From positions 51,212,001-51,276,000 of the forward strand of contig NC_043007.1 of the NCBI RefSeq assembly GCF_006345805.1: a DNA stretch of 64,000 bases, read 5' to 3'. This document shows positions 51,850 through 64,000 of the stretch, piece after piece. The position numbers were made by a program, and so were the translations under genes. The notes below the pieces were generated by a model. It did not search any database. It saw only the letters and a program-made list of their open reading frames with translations, and was not told the DNA's origin. Numbering within the stretch: the first letter of the stretch is position 1; each line of letters opens with the position of its first letter. This DNA is from Octopus sinensis. Taxonomy: Eukaryota.

Positions 51850-53720
51850 ACCATGTTACTTTATAACACAAACCTCAATAGCCTACAGAAAAAATTAGAT
51901 GGAATACTTTTGTTTCACCGTTTTCCGAAGGCATTCATGCAAGCTTCTACTCCTTCATCATGGTCACTATTTGGATATAAGGGTTACCAAAAATCAGTTT
52001 TCAACACGACTTCGGTGCTTTAAAAAGTTGTTGATTTTAGACACAAAGACAAAAGCATCCTGAATATAAGAACTTGATCGTTTTGCGACAGGGAGTAGAA
52101 AGACACCCAGCCACAAATTTTCTCTGAAGACTATTACAGGCGACGGCACCCGGGTTTGCGGCCGATGAAGCAAGGTTGGAGCCGGAGAACTTTCTGCAGT
52201 ATGTCGTATTAGGTTTATTCTGTCGGGGTGCTTACCATCCCCGCAGAGATTTCGTGGTGCGTCGAGTGGGTTTACCATGAAGTTTGGACAAAAACTTTAC
52301 CACCAGACGAGGGTTTGCGGCATGGGTATCGCCATGGCAGTTAATTTCGCTGATGTCTTCCTGGCGAATTTCGAGACACAGTTACTGAAGGCATTCAAAT
52401 CCCTACATGGTTATGGTTCATTGATGACGTCTTTTTGTCTGGGAAGGTTCACAAGATAGTTTAATTGACTTCTTGCATTTCTGTGATTGTTATGCTAAAT
52501 CAATGTCTGTAAGTCCAACATAAAATTTACGTCTAGTTTTTGGACACAAAAGTTAAGTTTTCTGGAGGTAGAATAATGACAGAATTATTTTGCAAGCCCA
52601 TCACATTTGCCTCCATCGCCGCTCCGATCATCCACATCTCAATGTTTTAGGCTCAAACGGATTTTTACTGACATAGAGGATTACTAGAAACATGCAAATG
52701 CTTTTGTACCCCATTATGTCAAACGCGATGACAGTGAATCACGATTAAAAGAAATAGCAAATGAAATAGTTAAGTTTAGTAACGAAAGTCAAACTTTCAC
52801 GCATAACTTTAGCAAAGTAAAATATCTGACAGAATTCCTTTAGTGATTAACTGGCACCGAAATTTCGCTGGCACTTCAAGTGCCACATGACAGTTACCAG
52901 TATGTTGCGGGGAAATATGCTCGTTTCAGACAAATATTTCCTCAGCTGCCTATAGTAGTCTTTAGACGGAATAAAAATATAAGAGAATTATGAACCTCTA
53001 CTTATGACTCCAATAAAACTAACATAAGAGTTTCTGCACACCGTACCTTGAAAAATAGCTACAGGAGAGGTAACCCTATTCATGGTGCAACAACATAAGT
53101 CAAATGAATTCCATCAGGAATCATAGCAGAAATGGGACGTGTAGATATTCCCATTTGGTGTACGTAGTAGAATGCGCCAAACGCAACTTGATTTATGTTG
53201 GTTGTACAACAGAACACTTAAGCAAAAGATTCAATGGGTACAGATTCGATGTCAGGCACAATAACAGTAGTTCGACAGAACTTGCCGAACATTTTCCATC
53301 AAACGGCTGCAATTTTGAAAAAGACTTGAAAGTGCATATTCTCAGAAAATATCCTGAATCAGTCCTCAAAATGCATGAGAAGAAATATGTTTTCGGGTTA
53401 TTAACATCACGCTCTATAGGAATGAATAAAATGACAGGAGAATTTCATCATATTTACACAAAACTGTTTGATTAAATATTCTTCATCTTTTTCCTTTTCT
53501 TTTTTCTTTCCTTTTCTTTTCTTTTTTCTTTCTTTTTCTTTTTGCTAGTTGTAAACTTGTAATTTGAAGACTGATGGTGTCATTCCATCAACGTGGGGAC
53601 GCTGGTTGCTCTCGTTCATATTTTAGAATTGAATTTCTATAATTTTGAATTTTTATCACTTTTCATTTTGAACTCGACGAAGACACGCTAGCTGTCGAAA
53701 TATTGTTCAACCAATAAAAT
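51850..53720 (+). mobile_element. Degraded Penelope-like element (RT + GIY-YIG) with terminal HHR-like motif at 53669-53709
   Basis: KLYHQT..GMGIAMAVNFADVFLANFE, LWFIDDVFLSG, LVYVVECAKRNLIYVGCTTEHLSKRFNGYR..GMN; UGAAC-UCGACGA-A-GACA(loop)UGUC-GAAA-UAU-U-GUUCA. Confidence 0.85.
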
Positions 53721-53787
53721 ACCTTTTGCAATCGCATCGCGCCCTTTGTATTGTCTATAATTATTATTATTATTGTTGTTGTTGTTA

Positions 53788-53847
<60 letters not shown>

Positions 53848-54392
53848 TATTATTATTATTATTTTTGAGTGAGAGAGCAGTGCATGCCATCAAAGTGACA
53901 CTGTGGTACAAATATATGAAGCTCAATATACCCATCATGACTACCTGTCTGATAAGGATACCCCAGGCACATGCATCACAACCATATGTGCGCAACATAG
54001 TGATCTCATATCAAGATAAACAGCGCATGACTTTGCAGGTGAGACCCAGTTAGAATTTTCTTCAGGTCAAGTAGCCCATCACGCTCAAAAGTTCCATGAA
54101 TAAGATTTGTTTCTGAGAGTGAATTATTCAAACCCTACTGAATACCAATCAACACATGGCTATGATGTTCCCCCATTACCTCTGCTCGTGATCAGCGATG
54201 CACATATCGTCAGTCACAAGGGGATATGCTCAACTGATTAAGGCCAAACAACTGATAAGCAAATCTGCAGTATTAAGCAGAATATTTGCTGTAGCCCAAA
54301 TTTTATACCAAGTCAAAACACATACATGATAACACTTCCAACTAGTTAAGATGAGAAGACATGAGAGCCACTGACTGGTACTGCATCAGGGC

Positions 54393-54479
<87 letters not shown>

Positions 54480-54480
<1 letters not shown>

Positions 54481-55420
54481 TAGTCTTATTTTAATCACTT
54501 GCTGTCATTCCTCACTATTTATCAAATAATCGACAAGCGTTCTCCTTTCACACCTTATACAATGGTCTATACTAATTAGTCCTCTGCCACCATTCTTTCT
54601 TTTCATTTACAGTCTGTTTACGTTTGCTTTAGGGTGTAGCGTCCCATGCAGCGTCATCAACTTTCTCGTCCTTCAATCCAGTGTTGATATTTCCTCCTTA
54701 GTCCATTTGAGGATGGACGCACTATATCTTACCACCACAATTACCCAGATATTCATTGCGGTAATCAAATTTTTGGCATTCAGGTTGGATTTCAACACCG
54801 TCTTCACCCTTTTTTGATACACCTCGCTGACCATAACTTTCATTTCTCTGTGTAGAATGACATCCAGCTCCAAAATCCCTAAGTATCTATACCCACTACC
54901 GTCGGGTTCACCCATGGTCTCTCCTGATGGTAAACGCAATCCTCTGCAGGCTGCTTTCTCCCCTCTTTTCAAATTAAGTACTGAGCATTTGGTAATCCCA
55001 AATTTCATATCGATATCCCTACCACACTTCTGGACAGGAATCTATCTGTTTTTCAGATTTCCTAAACATTTTCAGGTCATCCATAAACAGAAGATGGTTC
55101 AATGATGGGTCTTTCTTCCCCCATTGGTAACCCATCTTAACTTTCCCAAGTGTTATTGTTATGGGTTTTAGTGCAATTACAAAAAGTAACGGAGAAGGTT
55201 CCCCTTTTAATATTAATATTAACTTCTCGAAGGAATACATTACTTGAATACAATTTGGTTTTCCACTCTTTCATGCTATGCATCAGAAAATTTGTGATGT
55301 TGTCAGCAACACAAAACATATGCAGGCATTCAACGATCCAAGAATAAGGCACCATATCATATACATTCTTAAAGTCAATCCAAGCCATAGACATCATTAT
55401 TTTCTTTCCTTCTTTCTTCA
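54480..55420 (-). mobile_element. R4/Dong-type RT fragment
   Basis: AWIDFKNVYDMVPYSWI, SPLLFVIAL, NHLLFMDDLKMF, MKFGITKC, YRYLGILE. Confidence 0.85.
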
Positions 55421-55543
55421 AATTTTCTTCCTTTTCTTGCCAAGTGTTTTCCGTACACCTAGGGCAGAAAAGCTCATTGTATGCATTCCCAGATTATACA
55501 CGCAAATTCACAGGTACAATATGTATTTAAAAATATTAATAAA

Positions 55544-56960
55544 CTAGCTTAAGGTGACCCGCTCCACGCGCGGATGAGGTTGTGGTTATTACTTTCTGTT
55601 GCTTCCTTTCTGTTTCTTATCGCCACATTCTCCCTCTTTGTTTCTCTATCCTTTCTCATTTTCCCCCTCTCTTACTCTTCCTTTCTCTCGGACTTTCCCT
55701 CGCTTTCTCTTACTCTTTATCTTTCTCTATCTATCTCTCGGCCATTTATAAAAAAATTAGATTTCTGCGTTTAAATTACAAATCCGCTTCCACTTTACCA
55801 TGTTGAAAATTAGATTGAAATCGGGCAAAAGGTGTCCGATCTAGACCACCAAGTGTCCCCCAAAAATCAATAAAATCCAAGTTTTCACACCAAAGCAACC
55901 ACTGTAGCGCCACAAAACGTCTCCCAATCAATTTCCCCACTCAAGTTACCCCCTCCTGTAGAATTGAATCCTCTTCCATCCCCTTTTTTCATAAAAGTCC
56001 AATTTGTGTCTACGTTCGCCTTCTTCCTTTTATAGATAGGATTAGATGCCAATCACACCAATCTGGAGGGGTTTAGAGCCCCCTTAAATCTTCTCACTAT
56101 AGCAACCGCATCTTTCCAGAAGAGTGAGTTTTAACCTACTCAACTCTCTGCCTCATCACGTCTTCTATGCCTGTGTCAATTTTCAGCTCGATCTGACCAC
56201 TGGTGTGGCCGCCAACCTCTGACGTAGCAAAACGTGCACACAATTTTGACCCAAAGCCTCTTTTATATATATATAGATAGCAGAGAAACCCGGTCTTGCT
56301 CGGGATTAAAATAGTTTATCATTGTTTTATTTGTTTCGGTATTATAACTCGATTTCATTCGGGTCTACGCAGGCCACACTTTAAAGATGAAGAATTTTGC
56401 CCTAGAGGCCACACCTTTCAATTGAGCAAACTCAAAGGGGGAAAGATAGCAGTAGCTGTCAAACGTAGTTATAGAGAGAAAGTGATGGGAAGGGAGGAAA
56501 CAGAGAGAGACGGAGGAAGACAGGCAGATAAGAGAATGAGAGAAGACTTGTCAAAGTGTGCGTTTTTTCCCCCTAGTAACCACACCCTTTAAGATAAGGA
56601 TTTCTAGCCCACTCACATCCTAACCTCATTTTACACGTCCCTGTAAATTTTGGAGTCAATCCAACAAGATCTAGTGCCCTTTAACCCGTTCCAATGCCAA
56701 AACCAGACAAACAAACAAACTTCTCGCATTTCAGGTTAATAGATATTGACTAGCTTAAGGTGACCCGCTCTACGCGCGGGTGAGGTTGTGGTTGTTACTT
56801 TCTGTTGCTTCCTTTCTGTTTTTTATCATCACATTCTCCCTCTTTGTTTCTCTCTCCTTTCTCTCTCACTTTCCCACTCTCTTACTCTTCATTTCTCTCG
56901 GGCTCTCCCTCGCTTTCTCTTACTCTCTATTTTTCTCTATCTATCTATCTCCCATTTATA
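55544..56960 (-). mobile_element. Head-to-tail cluster of non-autonomous Helitrons
   Basis: Minus-strand 3' hairpin plus CTAG/CTA at 55544, 56278 and 56750; 5' TC ends at 56046, 56277 and 56743; 55544-55760 and 56750-56960 are near duplicates. Confidence 0.75.
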
Positions 56961-57661
56961 AACAACAAAAGATCTTGAGTAAGTTGAGAAGAAAAGTATT
57001 TTGAAAGATCAATCATAAATATCAGGCAGTGACAACGGAAAGATCTGCTTCAAGGCAGACGGCAAAACACTAACATTTAAAAGGGACAGACGAACTTGCG
57101 AGTTGAATAAAAATAAAAAATATTGGAAACCAAAGTTTGATGGAATAGAATCTGAGGATAGTGGAGTCACCATGGCTGGCATTTCTTAACGACGGACAGC
57201 AACAAAAAAAATTGAACTTGATGTAAAAGAAAATTCGTAAACACCAAGTTTTGAAGTGATTCTTTCTCACGACAGTAGACTCACCATTGCAAGCATTCAA
57301 AACTTCTTCATCATGGACGATTTAAAGGCTGGCACAAAATTTTTAGCTTGATGTAACAGAGAATTCCTAAACACCCGCTCCTGTAAATTTTAATCCCCCT
57401 CCAGACCCATTTAGACCTCTTTTCACATTTTGGTTAATATAACCCGATTTCATTCGGGTCTACTCAGGCCACATTTTATAAGATGAGGAATTTTGTCCTA
57501 GAGGTCACGCCTTTCATTTAAGGAAAAAAGTAGTTGCCATGCAAACTCGTCAGCACTTTTAACATAAGTGTGCATATTTTCAGCTCAACCGACCACATAA
57601 TGCACACATTATATATATAAATGTATACAAATTTTATATATATATATATATATACACTTTG

Positions 57662-57722
<61 letters not shown>

Positions 57723-57929
57723 CAGATATATACACTTTGTATATATACATTTATATACATATTTATATATAGAACACACACACACACATATAAATTAACC
57801 CAATAAATATCCGATTCATAATATTTGTTCTCATGATTGTGTGGTCGTGGCGATGATAATTCTCTCTATGAATGCAGACAGACGTAGAGAGAGAGAATGT
57901 GAAAGCGCTGCCAAAAGCGGCGGGGGAAG

Positions 57930-58075
57930 ATATAGGACGCTGTGAAACGATGTTATAGAGAGAAAGTGAAAGGAAGGGAGGTAGATGCTGTGAAACGAAG
58001 TTATAGAGAGAAAGTGAAGAGAAGGGAGGTAGACGCTGTGAAACGACGTTATAGAGAGAAAATCGAAGGGAAGGG
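57930..58075 (+). repeat. About 45-bp minisatellite x3 inside a Helitron-related copy
   Basis: GA(C/T)GCTGTGAAACGA.GTTATAGAGAGAAAGTGAA.GAAGGGAGG repeated; single copy at about 56450-56495. Confidence 0.8.
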
Positions 58076-58214
58076 AGGAAAGAGAGAGAGATGGAGAAAG
58101 ACAGACACATAAAAGAATGAGAGTAGACTTGTCGAAGTGTGCGTTTTTGGCCCTAGCAAAGACACCTTTTAAGATGGGGATTTCTAACCTAGCCCACTCA
58201 CACCTTCACCTCAT

Positions 58215-59342
58215 TTTCAAATAGGTTTCAGTACCTGTTTTTTTATCATTCCTAGAGATCCTACAATCACTGGTACTGTAGTCACCTTGAGATGCCACAT
58301 GTTTTCAGTTTCTATTAGCAAGCTTTTATGTTTACTGATCTTGTCAAATTCTTTCGCCGCTATATTGTGATCGCAAGGAATACTCATGTCAATTAATAAA
58401 CACATCTTTTTTGTCTGATCTTTTATAATAATATTCGGTTTATTAGTTTTTATAGTCCTGTCGGTATGTACGGGGAAGTCCTAGAGAATCGACACATTTT
58501 CTCCGTCAGTCACAGCTTCAGCGGTTTTGATTATATAATGCTGACATATTGTCCAGTGTAAATACTGGCCGACTCTGTCATGTCTTGCTTTATATTCTAC
58601 AGGAGCTAAGACTCTGCACCCTCAGATTAGGTGGTCTATAGTTTCAATCTCATCGTTAAAGAATCGGCATTTTGGGTCAGCTCCATTTTTTATCACATTG
58701 GCTTGGTAGTTCTGGGTAAATAAGCTTTGGTCTTGAGCAGCTAAAATGAAACCTTCACTCTCCGCTTTTACCCCTGAGCTTCGTAACCATTGATGCGTGT
58801 GTTTCTGGTCGACATCAGCTTGTTTGCTACGGGCCACATACTTACCATGCAGACGTTTCTGTTCCCATCTGCTAGCTAATTTTTCACGTGCTTTTGTCTT
58901 TGCAATTAATTTTATTTTCTTTGCAGCAGCAGTTGACGCATTTCCTTCAACCTGATCAATCTGGTAGGTATCTAAGAGATCAGCAGCGAATTCTTCGCTC
59001 TCTTTCAGAATAGAGTGAAGTTTTTCGGTCTTTCATGTTCTTCAACAAGTTCTTTTAACTTATTGATTTTGTGGTCGTTGTAGTGGTGAACTTTGGGGGC
59101 TTGATTTGGGACAAATCCCGTTTAGGTGATCTCCCAGGTTCGTATTCGGGGAAGATATCCTGCTACTTGAAATCTTTTCACCGTCAGGCTGACAGCCTAC
59201 TGCCAAGTGCGCTTCCAGAATAACCATTGGACAAGCGATTCGGTGTACTGTTTGAAATTTTCTTTTTACTATTTAAGAGAAGTTAGATTATTTTTAAATT
59301 TTCATTTTTTTAAATATTTTATTATTATTATTATTATTATTA

Positions 59343-59373
<31 letters not shown>

Positions 59374-59831
59374 GTTGTTGTTATTATTATTATTATTATT
59401 ATTCTTGTTTGACTTTTGCTTTATGTCTGTACAAGTTGGCTCCAAGTCTCACCCAGAGACCTCAAGAGACAACAGGGTTGGAAGTTCATGTTGTTGTTAT
59501 GCCTAGTGTGCCATATATTTGGGGGGTGGGGTGTTGTACTAATGAATGTCTAAAAAAAGTTGGGTTTTTTTTTATACCGAAAATTATGTTTGTTTTAAAC
59601 CTTGAGATTACATAGAAAGTATTTTGCGTAGGATATGAGCAGTTCCCATGAGCACTATCTTTTGAATTTCTGAAATTTTTGGGTTTCCTGGTATCTGAGT
59701 TAGGTAGCTATCAGCCCCTTTTGCTATCATTCCCAGGGCACCTATGACAACAGGTATTGTTTAAGTCTTCAGGTTTCACATTTTGCTGATTTCTATTTCA
59801 AGATCTTTATATTTGCTCAGTTTTTTCTCAG

Positions 59832-59897
<66 letters not shown>

Positions 59898-59902
59898 CAT
59901 TG

Positions 59903-59960
<58 letters not shown>

Positions 59961-60245
59961 CATTATTATTATTATCATTATTTCTTTTTATCACAGGTCT
60001 TGTTAGAATTCCTGGAGTCTTGAATGCATAGCAGGCTTGCTACCTGAAGCCTATGATACCATGCTATTCATTCTTTTCAGCTATCTAATACTCTCCTGAT
60101 TATTCTGGCTGTGCCAAGGAGGCAGACCTTTTGTAACAGTTCTATTGGCTACTCTATTCCAATTCCTTTTATATTCCCCTTGATACTGTTCCCAAGGACC
60201 AAACAATAATTGGCACTATCTTAACTTTCTTCATTTTCCATAGCT
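58215..60245 (-). mobile_element. Serial R4/Dong-type 3' fragments separated by (TAA)n
   Basis: KAESEGFILAAQDQ and CLLIDMSIP (58215-59000); 59400-59830 is homologous to 22205-22620; 59985-60245 is a second subfamily tail. Confidence 0.8.
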
Positions 60246-60283
60246 GGGCTATTTTGTACTTCTTCTTCTTCTTCTTCTTCTTC

Positions 60284-60320
<37 letters not shown>

Positions 60321-60352
60321 GATTATTATTATTATTATTATTATTATCATCA

Positions 60353-60419
<67 letters not shown>

Positions 60420-62419
60420 TTCCGCCGAGGTTGACTTTACCTTTCATCCTTTCGAGGTCGATCAAATAAGTACTAGCTGAACACTGGGGTTGATGTAATC
60501 GATTAATCTACTCCCTTAAATTTGCTGCCCTAGTGGCATTGTTGTTATTGTTGTTGTGAGGACATATTGCCTAGAGCTGCAGTCACGATCGTATGATCGT
60601 GGTTTCAATTCCAAGGCCAGGTGGTGTGTTGTGTTCTTAAGCAAAACATTTCATCTCACTTTATTGAATAAACAACCTAGAAAATTAGGATGAAATAATA
60701 TGGATGGAGAAAAGTGAAAATGCAATACATACAAACGAATGTCAAATGTGTAAAATATATCACAAGGAAAAGTTCAAAACTAATTAGATTGAAATGTCAG
60801 TGTAAGAAAGAAAGAAACAAATAAATAATCATTCTAAAATGAAAACAAATATAATATTTCGAAACATTGAATAGTAATCATAATCAGACGGCGAATTAAA
60901 AGGAGTTAATGAGAAAATAGAAAAAAACACTTAAGAAAATCTATGTGATTTTGACAAGATACGTATACGTGCGAGTATGTGTGTGTTTGCGTGTGTGTGG
61001 GTGTGTGTGTATTTTGTAAATAATAATATTTTATAAGCTTAATGCTTATATTATATAAATATATATAGAGAGAGGGAGAGACGGAGAGAATGGGGGAGAG
61101 ACGGAGAGAGAGATAAGTAGGTAGTTAGCTAAGAAGGTAGATAGGCAGGTAGGTAGGTAGGTAGGTACTCGTGATATCAATATGGGCAAACAACAGAGAA
61201 ACGCATAAAAAATTTTGTTTTTATTTACTTAAAACTAATGTGAAAATGAAGGAAAATTAATTAAAAGAACATGTGACGCATAAATGTAATATATATATAT
61301 ACATATATGCCTATGACATTCATATATACATATATATATATATATGTTCGTGTATACATGCATACATACATACATACATACATACGTAAATACATATATA
61401 TATACTTATATATATACATACATGCATACATACATACATACATACATAAATACATATATATGTACTTATATATATGCATACATACATACATACATACATA
61501 CATACATACATACATACATACATACATAGGTTATATCTGTGTTAAGTGTGTTTATTATAGTATAAAAACTAAAATTACATAAACAGCTCACAGCTTTGTG
61601 CAATAAAACTATATTTAAATGTATTGATTTACATGAGTTTTATATTTGCATTATATATAAGGATATGCGCAGGCGTGGCTGTGTGAGTAAAAGGCTTGCT
61701 TCTCAGCCATGTGACCTTCGGTTCAGTTTGATTGTGCAGTACCTTAGCAAGTGGCTTCAACTATATACCCGGCCTTACGAAGTCTTTGAGAAGACGGAAA
61801 TTGAGAGAAGCCTGTTGTGCACGCGTTTATGGGTGTTTGTGTGATGCATCTCCCTTACCACTGGTTGACAAACGTATATATATATATACACACACACACA
61901 AACATACATGCATGCATATATGTGTACAGGACGTCACCAACGGTGCAAATAACGAAATACGTAAACAACGAGAAAAAAGTAAAACAGGACAAGTAAACAC
62001 AGAGAAAGGACTCTTTATCAGTTGTTGGCTGTCTATCTACTTCTCATTTCGAGCATTCAACGACAATATAAGTCTTTAAAAACAGTTGCTCCCATAAATT
62101 CTAAAATAGAATTTAAGATTTATGGAGGGTTGGGTACAAAAACATGACAGTGGTGACAAACAAAAATAAATATGTAGGGTCGTTAGACCAGAACGAGGGT
62201 GAAATAGCTAAAGCTGGAGATATATTTTCTTTGAAAAGAGAAAAGATAGAATAGAGAGAGAGAAAACACGTCTGTTCTTTTGAACGTCCGTACAGGAAAA
62301 GAAAGATGGTCACGCGAAGAAAAGAAAAATGAACGTCGTATATATATATATACATGCATATATATATATATATATATACTACGTGTGACTACCGTTCATT
62401 TTTCTTTTGTTCAATTTCT

Positions 62420-62490
62420 TTAGCTCAGTTGGTAAAGCACTTGACCGGTAATCACAGGGATGTGAGTCCGTGTCTCATGACTGGCCACTG
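62420..62490 (+). other. tRNA-like sequence (pseudogene or SINE head)
   Basis: TAGCTCAGTTGGTAAAGCAC A-box/D-arm and GGTAA loop, but degenerate T-arm and acceptor stem. Confidence 0.4.
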
Positions 62491-62717
62491 ACAAATTTTT
62501 CCGTAAAGTATGGATACTTTACTCTGTTCCTGATTTTCTGTCAGCGTTATTCTGCGTTTAAATGGCGGCGAGCTGGCAGAAACGTTAGCACGCCGGGCAA
62601 AATGCTTAGATGCTTCGTCCGTCTTTACAAAAATTTCGGGCCTTGTACCTAGCGTAGGAAATACTATTCTGCGTTTGAGAATAAAACATTTCCTTATCTG
62701 TATCATATATACACGCA

Positions 62718-62780
<63 letters not shown>

Positions 62781-63639
62781 GCGGTTGGACTATAGCTGAA
62801 AGTTGTGTAGCTGGACAGTGAAGTAGGGTATCAGATTAACAAGACAAAAATGAAAGGATATGGTCTTTGAGAATGAAAGTAAGAAGTGTTGATTTTTCAA
62901 TTTAAGCAACATGTTAGGATTTCTAAATAAAACTCTGCCTTAGACAAATTGATAAACAAATTCATTGAGGGACACAGATAGATAGGTCGATAGGTAAAAT
63001 ATTCGTTTCATATAAGTTAAGGAATAGTTTCTTGAACTTTGTTTTCAGAAGAGAATAGCTATTTTACACACACATGCACATACACACGTACACACACACT
63101 CACACACATACACACTCACACACATATTAACTCGCTCACACACATACACTTAGGTTAATGATATATTGTATATATCAAGAAAGTACGTGAACATGCATGT
63201 GCCGGTCAATGTAAATGCATCCAAATTGATTGTCAACAATTCAAGCAGAGTTAATGTTTTATAATAAATTGTATTTCTTTCTTTATTCGTTGCTGTTCTG
63301 TGGCTATGTCTGAGTATTTGTAAAATGTAAATATTTAAAACTTTTAGTGGCTCCAATCTGGCAAATGTATATATATTTGTATTATATTATATATTGTATA
63401 ATATACTACAAATATGGACATCAATGTTTCGCTATCGTTCAGGCATACCAGCAAATGGTCTTTACACCATTTTATATAGAATCGGGGACAAGCAATTCAT
63501 TCGGTTCAGGTACGTTATGTTGTCAAGCCGCAAACAATGGCGAAACGTCGATGTCCATAGCGTCTGAATGGGATTGGGGTGAGTTATTTCGCCTGTCTAT
63601 GACATTTATGTATGTATTTATGTATGTATGTATGAAGTC

Positions 63640-63830
63640 AGGACGCCATGATAGATCGTTAGCTTCTACACGCATTTTTTTCTGTGTATCTTTCTGTCGA
63701 AGAGCGTAGGCTCGAAACGTAAAATACTTTTTCTATTTCTATTCCTGGGCGCTATACTAATACATTTGTTTGTTTGTACTCCACCTGCCTTCGTCTTTTG
63801 TTTATTTTCGTAAACTTTCCCGTCATGTGT
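63640..63830 (+). mobile_element. Solo PLE terminal repeat with HHR motif at 63691-63724 (CUGUCGA core)
   Basis: Reverse complement of 14870-15070; UUU-CUGUCGA-A-GAGC(GUAG)GCUC-GAAA-CGU-A-AAA. Confidence 0.75.
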
Positions 63831-63871
63831 ATATATATGTACATGTGTGTGTATGTGAATGTTATGTATTC

Positions 63872-63933
<62 letters not shown>

Positions 63934-64000
63934 AGTAAATAAATGGAGTTGAACGAAGATGTTATTAAAATTCTTTTACTTTCGACATATGTTTCGAAGA

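Noticed and set aside
51038-52271. Apparent sequence-specific mini-element with a TTAC target duplication at two sites
   Set aside because: Translation shows both copies are CRE RLE coding sequence, and the shared flanks are part of that sequence
57150-57380. Stathmin-like SFEVIL peptide
   Set aside because: Six-residue match in a stop-interrupted frame with no splice support

Overview
AT-rich, microsatellite-saturated eukaryotic DNA with no recognisable host gene. The SINE and repeat families look like an octopus/cephalopod genome (inference from repeat style only). The window is a mosaic of mobile elements: a complete Tc1 (DD34E) and a complete mariner (DD34D), both frameshifted; R4/Dong-type RLE LINE pieces sitting in (TAA)n tracts; a CRE-type RLE fragment; an L1/Tx1-like ORF1 remnant; non-autonomous Helitrons including a head-to-tail cluster; many tRNA-derived SINEs; MITEs; and several Penelope-like element (PLE) remnants. 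The main result is about 20 complete or partial type I hammerhead ribozyme (HHR) motifs, found by eye. Three non-coding repeat families (monomers about 470, 485 and 590 nt) carry one canonical HHR per monomer in tandem or foldback arrays inserted in (TA)n, which is a retrozyme-like architecture. A tRNA-headed SINE-like element also carries an HHR. The PLE 3' ends carry family-specific core variants in which the 3-8 base pair is C-G, U-A, G-C or U.G. Ribozyme activity, circular RNA production and novelty are untested here.
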